From: Microcoleus sp. | GTDB taxonomy: Bacteria > Cyanobacteriota > Cyanobacteriia > Cyanobacteriales > Microcoleaceae | NCBI GenBank assembly: GCA_042408215.1 | Contig: JAYFMW010000020.1 | Span: forward strand, 160,001-224,000 | Reading direction: 5' to 3' | Length of the DNA: 64,000 nucleotides | In this document: one piece after another, positions 41,692 to 51,205 of the stretch | Position numbering within the stretch: the stretch's first letter is position 1 | Layout: each line of letters begins with the position of its first letter | Position numbers and translations under genes: made by a program | The notes under the pieces: generated by a model | The model's input: only the letters and a program-made list of their open reading frames with translations | The model's database searches: none | What the model was told of the DNA's origin: nothing

Positions 41692-41848
41692 GCCTGTATT
41701 ATTCGGCGGTTGAAACCGCGTCTACACAAGCGAAGTCTGCCTCCGCAGACTAAGAGGTAAAAGAGGTAATTTTTCTACCGCCTGTATTATTCGGCGGTTG
41801 AAACCGTCTACACAAGCGAAGTCTGCCTCCGCAGACTAAGAGGTAAAA
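41692..41848. repeat. Two copies of a ~70-bp REP-like unit
   Basis: GCCTGTATTATTCGGCGGTTGAAACCG..TCTACACAAGCGAAGTCTGCCTCCGCAGACTAAGAGGTAAAA twice; relatives near 15388 and (reverse) 23292. Confidence 0.85.
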
Positions 41849-41950
41849 TGATAGTCGTGGAGGCAGAAACCGGGTTTTTTCCGAAATACTGCATGAGAGC
41901 CTTTAACTGTCGTGAAAAACCCGGTTTCTTTGGTATTTAAACGATTACTC

Positions 41951-42178
41951 TTACCAGTAACGAGTTAAAATCCGAATCACCTCACCCGCTAGAGGCGATG
42001 GTACAGGCGGGCTCCACTCTCCAACTTGTGCAAAACCCAAAACGTGCAGCAGATTAACGATGCTTTCTACCGCTTTGGGAACGCCACACAACAACAAACG
42101 AATCGGTTTTTTGCCTTGAGGTACATCAGGAATTTCTTCCCGGAGCAGTTCGGGAACGGACTTGGACTGTGATATCAT
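41951..42178 (-). CDS. Small conserved cyanobacterial hypothetical protein
   Basis: LH.LGFA.VGEWSPP..GEVIRILTR; AGGAGG RBS. Confidence 0.7.
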   Translation of the reverse strand: MISQSKSVPELLREEIPDVPQGKKPIRLLLCGVPKAVESIVNLLHVLGFAQVGEWSPPVPSPLAGEVIRILTRYW

Positions 42179-42237
42179 AGGTATTCCTCCTGAATATGGG
42201 AGTTAAAGCCCCCACCAAACGATTGCAACTCTGAGCG

Positions 42238-42531
42238 GTGGGGGTTTTGTTTTTGACTATTTACACGGTATCACACCGAGTGTCACTATGCAAGAGACGT
42301 ACAAAGAAAGTACGATCGATCTATGAAGTAAATTCCCAGTTGCCTAACTTGCCAGCAAAAAACCTAAAACGAGTCACCAGCTACGTTCCTCCAAACGCCT
42401 ACAACGTCTTGGAAGATTGGGCCAAGGAAGAAGACCGGACAGTCAGCAATCTCGTAAGTCGGATTGTCTCTCAAGCTGTAGATGCTTACTTGACTAAAAA
42501 GACTGCAAAAGATGAACCCACCAGCGATTAA
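42238..42531 (+). CDS. CopG/ribbon-helix-helix regulator (true start probably near 42340)
   Basis: KRVTSYVP...LEDWAKEEDRTVSNLV..IV. Confidence 0.75.
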   Translation: MGVLFLTIYTVSHRVSLCKRRTKKVRSIYEVNSQLPNLPAKNLKRVTSYVPPNAYNVLEDWAKEEDRTVSNLVSRIVSQAVDAYLTKKTAKDEPTSD

Positions 42532-42858
42532 CTTTTGACCTCTATGCTGATGGGTCATTCTCAACGGCCAACCTATCGGGCCGTTTATTTTGTGTTGCAG
42601 AATGCTAACATCTGCATTGTCAGCCGGGGGATTTAATGGTAGATGAAGAGGACAATTCCGATCGCTTAAAATGACATAGTTAAATTGACTGTATTTCTAT
42701 CAAGATTTACTTTTTATTTAAGAGCTAATGTGCAAAAATTGCGGCTCGATCGCACTCTACATTTCATGTCAATTGACACATCAGGCCGATCGCACGCTGA
42801 ACTAAGTCACACAATATGTTTTAATTTATATTTGAGCAAAACCTAAACAAAGCCAGCC

Positions 42859-43731
42859 ATGACTCCAAAATCCATAGCCGTGATCAACTTCAAAGGCGGT
42901 GTCGGGAAAACCACCGTCACTTGGAGCCTGGGAAATATTATATCCCAAAGCACAGACCTAGAAGTTCTCATGTTAGACTTAGACCCGCAGATGTCGCTCA
43001 CAGAGGCGATCGGACTTAACGAGAGTACGGGTCATTTAGATGACAAATTTGGCAAGTGGTACGAAAAATCTCTCAAGCACCGACTCACAATTTACGACGC
43101 TCTAGAAGTCTTTAAAAAAGCCGGACAAAACTTTAAATTTCCCGTTGGTTTCGAGACTATTTACCAGATTGACGAACAGTTACATTTTGTCCCTTCAGTC
43201 GAAGAATTGTATTGGTTAGACTTAGATGGATTTGAAGGAAAAAATGTTAAAGACTTTATCCGCCAATTCCTCGGCAAAATTACCAATTCAGCCAATCTTC
43301 CTCAATATGAACTGTTCCTGTTTGACTGCTCTCCTTCCTTCAGCCTCCTCACCTACAGCGTCCTCTCTTGCTGCGACTTAATCTTAATTCCCGTCAATCC
43401 AGATTACTTTGGTTCTAGGGGATTGAGCTTAGTTTTAAACTCTCTCCAGAAACGGATCGAGCCTTACCCATTTCCCAAGATTGCAGTATTTATGAACAAA
43501 GCTAAAATCTATGGAGGATTGCTGACTAATGAAGTTCAGTTTTACATGAGAGAAGTCAAAAGACTTTGTGCTGATATCTCAAAAGAAAATCATATAGAAG
43601 TTAAGTTTTTAGAATCGACGATTCGCGAAAGCGTTGGTCTAAAACGGGCGATCAATGAGGGGAAATTACCGCGAGAATTAGTTAGGGAATTTGAACAATT
43701 GTGGCGTGAGTGTGCGGAGTATCTGAAATGA
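42859..43731 (+). CDS. ParA/Soj family ATPase
   Basis: INFKGGVGKTT deviant Walker A, DLDPQ, FDCSP. Confidence 0.9.
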   Translation: MTPKSIAVINFKGGVGKTTVTWSLGNIISQSTDLEVLMLDLDPQMSLTEAIGLNESTGHLDDKFGKWYEKSLKHRLTIYDALEVFKKAGQNFKFPVGFETIYQIDEQLHFVPSVEELYWLDLDGFEGKNVKDFIRQFLGKITNSANLPQYELFLFDCSPSFSLLTYSVLSCCDLILIPVNPDYFGSRGLSLVLNSLQKRIEPYPFPKIAVFMNKAKIYGGLLTNEVQFYMREVKRLCADISKENHIEVKFLESTIRESVGLKRAINEGKLPRELVREFEQLWRECAEYLK

Positions 43732-44165
43732 TTAAAAAGGATGAAGAAACCCTGGAGTTAGTTGATGAAATCAGTGAACTAAAGGAAATCCTGCGCGAAG
43801 TTTCTCGAAAATTAACCAGGATTGAAACTCAAGTCAAGCGGGGAGTGACTTCTGCTGCATCGAAAACTTCGGACTTTCAAAACTCTCAAACTGCTGCTGA
43901 TGTCAAGAAACCTGCTAATTTACCAGCCGAACAGGTTCTCCAAGTTTATGAAGAACTACGTTTAAAAGCTAAAAATGGTAAGGAACAAGAGGTGAGGGAA
44001 AAATTGTTGACTATGAGTGCAACTGATTTGAATTTAATGTGTTGTGAATTAGGTATGCCTCCCAGCAGCAAGAATCCGTCTCGCAGAAAAATGTTCGAGC
44101 TAATTATTGGTAGAATTAAACAGAGTTTGATGCTGTCGCGACACATCGATCGACAATCACTTTGA
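43728..44165 (+). CDS. Hypothetical coiled-coil protein coupled to ParA
   Basis: ATGA overlap; heptad-rich N-terminus and helical C-terminal domain. Confidence 0.7.
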   Translation: MIKKDEETLELVDEISELKEILREVSRKLTRIETQVKRGVTSAASKTSDFQNSQTAADVKKPANLPAEQVLQVYEELRLKAKNGKEQEVREKLLTMSATDLNLMCCELGMPPSSKNPSRRKMFELIIGRIKQSLMLSRHIDRQSL

Positions 44166-44345
44166 AAGTATAATAGCATTTCTGGGTTAAATCAAGTAGG
44201 TCTGGTAATTGGTAATGGGGAATTGGGCATGGGGAATTGGGCATTGGTAATACTGAGATCTGGAACGGGCAAGATGCCCATTCCACAAAAGTTTAATTTG
44301 ATTGTGGGGCGGGCAAGATGCCCGCCCCTGAACAGCTTGTTGCAA

Positions 44346-45626
44346 ATGCTGCAACATTTCAGCTTGCATAAATTATGGCGTTTTAGCTCGATCGCCCTTT
44401 GCTGTCTCGCACTCTCCATCGGCCTTTTTTTCAGCCTCCAAAGCCCCCCGTCACCCGCAGCCCAAAAACCGAGGACGCTGGCGTTTACCGCCCTCCAGAG
44501 GCGCGGCAGCGAGGTTAGGAACAGTTTATTTACCATCAATGCTAACGGTGCGGCTCGTCGGGAACTTACCCCAAAGATAGACGTGAGCTCAACCCTAGTT
44601 TGGTCGCCCAACGGCCAACGGCTGGCTTTTGTGAGTGGTGACACCGACGTTTATACAGTCAATGCTGACGGTTCTCGACTAACTAAACAGTTGGCTGGGG
44701 AGTTTTGCAAAGCACCTAATTTTGCAATTGCTTGGTTTTCCAACAGCCAGAAACTTGTTTTTGCACGCTCTTGCGATGGTTTCACCTCTGATACTCCCGG
44801 CAGTCAATCCCTTTATCTGAGCGATACGGCGGGGATTAAAGGAACTAAATTAATTCGGGATTTTGCAGTAGGAGGATACCCACCGAAAACAGAAATTTCA
44901 TCGGAATTTTATCTGTCACCAGATGGCCAGCAAGTAGCATTTGTCAAAGATCAGAATATCTGCAAAATGAATGCTGACGGTTCGGGAATGACTAAATTAA
45001 CTAAAAGTCCAGGTGAGTATACGAACGGCGGAAGTAAACTTGTTTGGTCGCCCGATCGCACTAAAATTGCTTTCCTATTCGGGACCTATCCTCAACAGCA
45101 AATTTACACAATAAATGCCGATGGAACCCACCTCAAAAACTTAACTAATAATCCCAAAAATCAGGTCTACAACGTCAACCTATTTTGGTCGCCAGACAGC
45201 ACCCAGATTGCATACTATTACAACAAGCCAGGGGATTTTAGCGGTCAGCAGCAAGACATTTATGCGATCGATATTAACCGGGGAAAATCCCGGAATATCA
45301 CCCATAAGCCGAGAAACTACGATGCAATTTCTTGGTCGCCAGATGGCAAATTTATTGCCTTCACCGCTGGCCACTTGTCCGAGGAAAAACTCTACACAAT
45401 TAATGCTGATGGTTCCAACCTAACTCAGCTAGCTACTCCCTTAAAAATGTCGGTAATTTATGAATTAGCCTGGTCTTATGACAGTCAGCAAATTGCTTTT
45501 ACTTTTCCTGAAATCCCTGGTGACAAAAGCAGCTTGTATGTGATTAATCAAACAGGTTCTGGATTAACTAAATTGACAAATAATCAGGATTTGAATGCTA
45601 GTCATCCGGTTTGGCAACCAAATTAG
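44346..45626 (+). CDS. TolB-like beta-propeller (PD40 repeat) protein
   Basis: Repeated WSPDG..IAF / YTINADGS....LT; N-terminal signal or TM segment. Confidence 0.9.
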   Translation: MLQHFSLHKLWRFSSIALCCLALSIGLFFSLQSPPSPAAQKPRTLAFTALQRRGSEVRNSLFTINANGAARRELTPKIDVSSTLVWSPNGQRLAFVSGDTDVYTVNADGSRLTKQLAGEFCKAPNFAIAWFSNSQKLVFARSCDGFTSDTPGSQSLYLSDTAGIKGTKLIRDFAVGGYPPKTEISSEFYLSPDGQQVAFVKDQNICKMNADGSGMTKLTKSPGEYTNGGSKLVWSPDRTKIAFLFGTYPQQQIYTINADGTHLKNLTNNPKNQVYNVNLFWSPDSTQIAYYYNKPGDFSGQQQDIYAIDINRGKSRNITHKPRNYDAISWSPDGKFIAFTAGHLSEEKLYTINADGSNLTQLATPLKMSVIYELAWSYDSQQIAFTFPEIPGDKSSLYVINQTGSGLTKLTNNQDLNASHPVWQPN

Positions 45627-45693
45627 TCATTAGTCATTAGTCATTAGTCATTAGTCATTAGTTATTAGTCATTGGTCGTTAGTTAATCGCTAA

Positions 45694-47358
45694 TTAAATC
45701 GGAGCCGATGAAATAATTTTATTTTCCTTGAATTGTTGACGAACTTGCAATTCATCTAAATCAACTTCTTTGTGTTTTTCATCTTGCACCTGTTTGTCAA
45801 TTTTTGGCAACTTTAAAATTGCCCCAGCCAAAACCCAGTAATAAACCGACACTGGATCTACATCCAGGGGATAGTATTGAGTATTGATACTAATAAACGC
45901 CACAAACACCCAAAAACTAGCTCCATAAGTCCGCAAACTTTTGTCTTTCACAGAACGGTAAGCTTGAAAACTTAGAATAGTCAAGTGTAAAACCATCACC
46001 TGAAAAGCAATCATCCCCGGATAACCTAGTTCGTACATCAACTTAGGTTGGAAAGTTTCAATTAGTTGCGTGTTACCAAATATCCGCGTTGAATTAGTCG
46101 CTCGTCCCACACCTCTACCCAGTGGCATACCAATAATAAAATTGTGGCTCTGCTCGAACTGATTAAAAAGAAATTGCTGTGGTGGTGCAGCATTCCAGCG
46201 GTTGACAAAACTCTCCCATCGCTGCTCAAAAACTCCTGGGTTAATTGCTGCACCGACAAACAGCAGAATAGCAAGTCCCGCACCAATGGGAATAAATCGT
46301 TTTAAATTAACTACTTGACCGGTGAGAACTAGGAGCAGAACAGTGGCAACTGGAACCATAACTAAAGCAGCTCTTTGACCGGAAAAAACAGCATTGGCAA
46401 ATACTAACGCCATGCCAAATAAACCGATGCTCCGCCACCAGAATGAAGTGTCACAAAAAGCAGAGGCAAAGGTTAAAAAAGCATTAGAAATTAAAAACCA
46501 AGCCCACTGCCAAGGCGCTACAAAAGTTCCTGGTAAGCGGATAAAATTGACTTCAGGACTAAATACAAGAGAACCGCCGACAAAACATCTAGCTTGCAGT
46601 GTTGCTTTATATAATTCTACTCCCGACATTCCTCGCGTTCCCGCGCACCTTCCACTTTTCAGTAACAGGTACTGAATCACACCCAAAACGCAGCAAAGGA
46701 TCGCCAGCATTAGGTGCATTCGAGTAAAAAATACCAAATCCTTCTTAGTGCGGATGAGATAATAAGTGCAAGTGATTAGCGGTATGTAACCTATCAATAC
46801 TTTTAAGCCGAGAATTCCTTGGAGAATTGGTTTGTCACCTTTCATCGGGTGGAGCTGCATTCCCCCGTTGACAAAAATTAAAGTCATCAGTGCCATCATC
46901 AACAGGATGCTGAAGGTAGCAATCATTTGTTTGGGAAGGAAGATGGGCAATTGTTTCTTTTTGCAGCTTTGAATTAGGGCGATGAGAGCTGGTATGTAGA
47001 AAGCATCTTTGGCTAGTTGAAATGCAGCATTTCCGCCACCAATTGCGTAAGTAATTGTACCACTCAAAGGCAGGTAAATTAGAAATGCCCACAAAGCTTG
47101 ACGGGGGTATTGGTAGGAAAGCAGCAAGATTGCTACGGCGCTGCCTCCTGCAATCGCAATCTTAGGGCTGGCGACGAAAAAAAGCGCGGTGGTGACTGCA
47201 AGGCTGACGACGCCGCAAATGACGCTCGTTTGCACAAATTCAGTGCGCTTTTGTGTAATTTTGCGTTTTTGTGCAGCTATTTCTTTCTTGCTGAGTGGGG
47301 CTGTTTTTTCCCTATCCTTGTCTTGAGATTTTTGGGATTTACGCTTGTTTTTAAACAT
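45694..47358 (-). CDS. hpsL: Hormogonium polysaccharide membrane protein, HpsL-like (O-antigen ligase/Wzy-like)
   Basis: Polytopic; RLPGTFVAPWQWAWFL, SGQR, G.G.GRATNS, YYPLDVDP. Confidence 0.7.
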   Translation of the reverse strand: MFKNKRKSQKSQDKDREKTAPLSKKEIAAQKRKITQKRTEFVQTSVICGVVSLAVTTALFFVASPKIAIAGGSAVAILLLSYQYPRQALWAFLIYLPLSGTITYAIGGGNAAFQLAKDAFYIPALIALIQSCKKKQLPIFLPKQMIATFSILLMMALMTLIFVNGGMQLHPMKGDKPILQGILGLKVLIGYIPLITCTYYLIRTKKDLVFFTRMHLMLAILCCVLGVIQYLLLKSGRCAGTRGMSGVELYKATLQARCFVGGSLVFSPEVNFIRLPGTFVAPWQWAWFLISNAFLTFASAFCDTSFWWRSIGLFGMALVFANAVFSGQRAALVMVPVATVLLLVLTGQVVNLKRFIPIGAGLAILLFVGAAINPGVFEQRWESFVNRWNAAPPQQFLFNQFEQSHNFIIGMPLGRGVGRATNSTRIFGNTQLIETFQPKLMYELGYPGMIAFQVMVLHLTILSFQAYRSVKDKSLRTYGASFWVFVAFISINTQYYPLDVDPVSVYYWVLAGAILKLPKIDKQVQDEKHKEVDLDELQVRQQFKENKIISSAPI

Positions 47359-47579
47359 GACTTGTAGAAGGCAGAAGGCAGTTATGTAGAAGGCAGAATG
47401 AATAGGAAAAATATTTTGGTAGGTTTAGTTAATGATTATTAAAGTTGGGTTCAGAGAAAAAATATCGAGATTGTGGATGTGACAGGGCACAAATTATTAT
47501 ACTCGCGACCTTGTAGAATATAACTGCTGCATCTATAATTTACCAATATCGAAAAATTAGTTTGAATGTAGCAGTCATT

Positions 47580-48281
47580 ATGAAGTTAACAAAATTTGGA
47601 TCGATCGGCATCGCCATACTTTTAGGAACAAGCGCTAGCATATTATCGAGCTGCACTCTGGCATTAGGGGCCCAAAAAATTGTCCTCACTTTTGGCCCGA
47701 TCAGGCAAGCTATTAATATCAGCGACTTAGAAGACTTTGCGAAAGATGGCAAAACGACCCCAACCCTCCGACAAATTATCGGAGCCTCCAAAATGGATGC
47801 AGGAACCCTACGCGGGTTGATCGGTTTAGAAATCGGCTTAAAGCCAGCTAATCTTGCCAGGGTAATTTATAGCACCCCTGGGGAAAAAATCACCGACGAA
47901 ATCGGTCAAGCAATTCGGACTCAGCGCCACACAGAAAGTGGCAAAGCTCTGCGCGCAGCCGTGATTCTAGCAGCCGGCGACGATGGCAAGGTATCAATCC
48001 TGGAAATCCTGAAAAAGTATCCTTTGGCAGAGGTGTACGTAGATGTTGCCAGCATTGGCGCAGCTGTTGGGAAAGTTCAGAGTTTAGCAGGAAATATGCA
48101 AACTCTGCTTCAAGATCTGATGCGCCCCAGGGCCACAACTGAAAAAACTCGCACCGAAAGTACGATCGAACCTGGCCTCCGCATCCAGCCAACCACGCCG
48201 AACCCTTTGCGCCGCGTCACAGCACCCGCACCCACAGGGACGGCACCACAGCCAATCAGGCCTGTGAGAGGATTGCGGTGA
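47580..48281 (+). CDS. DUF1400-like exported protein
   Basis: Signal peptide; I.ISDLE.FAK.G, ALRAAVILAA...SILE.L..YP. Confidence 0.75.
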   Translation: MKLTKFGSIGIAILLGTSASILSSCTLALGAQKIVLTFGPIRQAINISDLEDFAKDGKTTPTLRQIIGASKMDAGTLRGLIGLEIGLKPANLARVIYSTPGEKITDEIGQAIRTQRHTESGKALRAAVILAAGDDGKVSILEILKKYPLAEVYVDVASIGAAVGKVQSLAGNMQTLLQDLMRPRATTEKTRTESTIEPGLRIQPTTPNPLRRVTAPAPTGTAPQPIRPVRGLR

Positions 48282-48398
48282 TTTGAGCGAAAGAATGTTT
48301 GATGTGGATTGTGGGTTGTGTGGGGGCGGGTTTTCGAGATCGCTAATTGTAGGCAATTATTGTTGGTAAAACCCGCCCCTAGGACATTCGTTAAAAAT

Positions 48399-49296
48399 TT
48401 AATTTTTCTTAAGTAATTTTTTTACCAATTTAGGAACCTCCGAAGGCCGAGCCGCCACTGGTATCTTGGCCTCTTCAAAGGCAGCCATTTTATTTTCGGC
48501 TGTGACTCCAAACGCTGACTGCGCTGCTGCGCGAGAACTGATCAGGATGCCGGCGTGGCCTAAAGACGGCCCTTTGGGAGCGTAACGACCCGCCAGGTAG
48601 GCAACCACCGGTTTGTCGATCGCCTCAGGCGATGTAAGAAGCAGCAGCTTGTTCGCTCCACCCGCCAACTTCCCCCACCAAAACGATCGCCTCGGTACTG
48701 TCGTCTTCGTCCAAAATTTGCAGCCACTGCATAAAAGAAGAACCCACAATCGCATCGCAGCCAATACAAACCGCCATCGACTGTCCCAACCCCGCATTAG
48801 TCAGTTCCAGAGCAACTTCGTAAGTCAAAGTGCTGCTGCGACTGATCAACCCCACCGGGCCCGGAGTGTAGAATTCCTTGGGGTGAGTTCCCAGCAGCAG
48901 TTTGTCCGGCACAATAATCCCCGGACTGTTTGGGCCGACAACCAAAGTTTCTGTGGCCTCTGCTTTTCTCACCAAGCGCACCATATCCAGAGGAGGCACT
49001 CCCTCCGTCACGATCGCGATTTGCCGAATCCCTGCGGCGATCGCTTCCAGGGCCGCATCCAGCACCGAGTAAGGCTGCACAAAAATTACCGTAGTGTCAA
49101 TGTGACCAACTGCCGCCACTGCTTGTTCCACCAAATCAAAAACCGGAATTCCCTCCAACTCCAGCCCCCCCCGGCCGGGACTCACACCGGCGACTACATT
49201 CGTGCCGTATGCTTTCATCATCAGGGCAGCCCGGGTTGACGCGGGAGATTCTGTAATGCCCTGTACTAGGACTTTGCTCTCAGGAGTTAAATTCAT
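48399..49296 (-). pseudogene. sucD: Succinyl-CoA synthetase alpha subunit with a single +1 frameshift
   Basis: VLVQGIT, GPNSPG, LTYE and LGHAG motifs split over two frames; an extra base near 48627 creates TGA. Confidence 0.88.
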
Positions 49297-49368
49297 CTTT
49301 ATTCCCCCTTGGAGACTCCCGCTATACCTGTACTCAGGTTAGCGGTGAGAGGAAAAGGGGGTCGGGGT

Positions 49369-50646
49369 CTATTCAACATAAGAATAACCATCCTTTCTCT
49401 GAATCGGTTTACAGTTTTTGCGATTAATACCTTGAATTAATCCAGCCCAAGTCGAAATATTGAAACTTCCGGTATTCCTCACTGCTACGCGACCGATGTA
49501 AGTTCCAATCTTTTTACCCTTCGTAACAATCGCTTTAACAAGATCGCCTGTTTGAAAACCCAAGACATTCTTGAATCGAGGAACATAGCGAGATGGGAAG
49601 CCAAATTTATCCGTGCGACACATTTGACGAGTACCGTGTCCCGTCGCCTTAATCAACAACGGCTTGTTTGTTAACACGGACAATTCCTCAACTTGACCAA
49701 CACAAGCTGCATCAAGCCAATGGGTTTTAGGTAGTTTCAATCGAGTCCGGTTGAATTTGGTCAATCCACCTGAACCAGTTGAAACAGGCAACCCCGTTTC
49801 TTTTAAGCGACTAAATAACGTCCATCGAGTCGAATTCACAGCAGCAGCATCCTTTAGGGGATGTTTAGCTTGTGCAAGAATGCACTTCAGAACGTCTGGT
49901 TTCTTGGCTAAGAATTGCTCGACATCCTGAGTACCTTTCTTCAGGTTGCACTTCTCACAAGCAAGGCCAAGGTTAGAAATGCGATCGCTGCCACCTTTGG
50001 CTTTGGGATGAATATGTTCAATTTGCCAAGGTACATTTTCAACACCGCAGTAAGTGCATTTCCTGTCCCATTTGTTCAGTAGATATTCCCGAAGTTCGTA
50101 GCCAACTAATTCCCCTTGCTGATATTCAATGCCTGAAATCTCAGGGTTCTCTAATTGCTGTAAATCAAACCTGACCAGTTCTTGAACAATTGAACCGATG
50201 GGGGCAAACCTAATTAATTTGTTCACCCAAGTCAAAGTTGTTTCGACTCGATGTTGCAAACTAGGGGCTAACCAACCTTTCGAGCGGGTGCGATTCAAAA
50301 ATCTTGCTCTCCGGTAGCGAGTATGGCGATTTCTGCGTGACCGACGTAACTCGCTTCGGGACTCAAGGCTTGCTTTGATGGCTTGACCACGATGGGTTAG
50401 TTCAGCACCCCAGATCACCTTATTACCTTGCACTAATGCGATGCCAGTAGTTTTAGAGCCTGGGTCTAGCTTGAGTTGTATTGGTGCAACAATTACTTCT
50501 GGACATGATTTTTTTAAGATGATTGTAAATGGATACATTCTGAATACAGCAGCATTGACCGAGCCTAGTAATTTCCTTGCTCCCGAAAGGTGACAAGGGC
50601 TTAACGGCTGTTTCTTGGTGTCAATAACTAATGCGTAATTTGACAT
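49369..50646 (-). CDS. iscB: RNA-guided endonuclease IscB
   Basis: PLSP (PLMP-like), RuvC-I LDPGS, RRSRR bridge helix, RuvC-II E in VQELVRFD, HNH CTYC..EH..N..CEKCN, RuvC-III HWLDA. Confidence 0.96.
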   Translation of the reverse strand: MSNYALVIDTKKQPLSPCHLSGARKLLGSVNAAVFRMYPFTIILKKSCPEVIVAPIQLKLDPGSKTTGIALVQGNKVIWGAELTHRGQAIKASLESRSELRRSRRNRHTRYRRARFLNRTRSKGWLAPSLQHRVETTLTWVNKLIRFAPIGSIVQELVRFDLQQLENPEISGIEYQQGELVGYELREYLLNKWDRKCTYCGVENVPWQIEHIHPKAKGGSDRISNLGLACEKCNLKKGTQDVEQFLAKKPDVLKCILAQAKHPLKDAAAVNSTRWTLFSRLKETGLPVSTGSGGLTKFNRTRLKLPKTHWLDAACVGQVEELSVLTNKPLLIKATGHGTRQMCRTDKFGFPSRYVPRFKNVLGFQTGDLVKAIVTKGKKIGTYIGRVAVRNTGSFNISTWAGLIQGINRKNCKPIQRKDGYSYVE

Positions 50647-50900
50647 TTCTGCCTCTCCTATTTCTAGGGTAATGTGAGCTTTGACAATGTTAGAAGTCGG
50701 TACTATCCCAAAAGCACTGGCTTAACCCTTTTAGACCTGTTTAACTTTTGAGTTTTAGAGCTTGGAACTAGCTTCGCATTCCAAGGTAAGAACTTGGACT
50801 CTTGCTTCTAACGTAGTTCTTGCGAACTTAGTCGGGTAAACTTTGGCTTCTTTCAAAGCCCCCGCTAGATCGGTAATCCGATTAGCGGCGGGTTGTTTAC
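50647..50900 (-). ncRNA. omegaRNA (HEARO-type) scaffold of IscB
   Basis: About 250-nt structured leader with GTAAAC..GTTTAC stem, CTACGTT, GAATGC..CTAGTTC, ACATTGTCAAAG motifs directly upstream of iscB. Confidence 0.85.
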
Positions 50901-50921
50901 TGTTTCCTTATAGATAGTCTA

Positions 50922-50992
50922 GGGGCCTGGGGCCTGGGGCATGGGGCATGGGGCATGGGGCATGGGGCATGGATGCACAGGGCATTGGGCCT
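50922..50992. repeat. STRR heptamer tract (GGGGCAT)
   Basis: Tandem heptamers. Confidence 0.85.
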
Positions 50993-51012
50993 AGGGCCTT
51001 ATAGCATAGGGC

Positions 51013-51181
51013 CTAGGGCGTGTTTTCAAACTACTGATTATGAACCGAATCTCTCGAAGATCCCCCTAAATCCCCCTTAAAAAGGGAGTAGGGTGTGAGT
51101 AGGAGTTGACGAAAGAGACTCTTTCTCCCCCCTTGTTAAGGGGGGCCGGGGGGGATCTTAGAGTTTGAAAACACGCCCTAG
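51013..51181. mobile_element. MITE with perfect 20-bp terminal inverted repeats
   Basis: CTAGGGCGTGTTTTCAAACT / AGTTTGAAAACACGCCCTAG; CTAG at both ends. Confidence 0.85.
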
Positions 51182-51205
51182 GGCCTTATAGCATTAGGCA
51201 GTGGA

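Larger units (their letters stand above)
49297..50900 (-). mobile_element. IS200/IS605-superfamily IscB (ISC) element, non-autonomous
   Basis: omegaRNA-type 5' end GTAAACAACCC, iscB ORF, subterminal hairpin CCGCTA.CCTG..CAGG.TAGCGG, ends at the sucD ATG; no tnpA. Confidence 0.88.

Noticed and set aside
42859..44165. McdAB carboxysome positioning system
   Set aside because: The partner lacks the C-terminal Trp motif and no carboxysome genes are nearby; cannot be supported
48620..48630. Programmed frameshift in sucD
   Set aside because: No slippery heptamer or homopolymer run at the site
49369..50646. Cas9 or a plain HNH homing endonuclease
   Set aside because: 425 aa, PLMP-like N-terminus and upstream omegaRNA identify IscB; no array nearby
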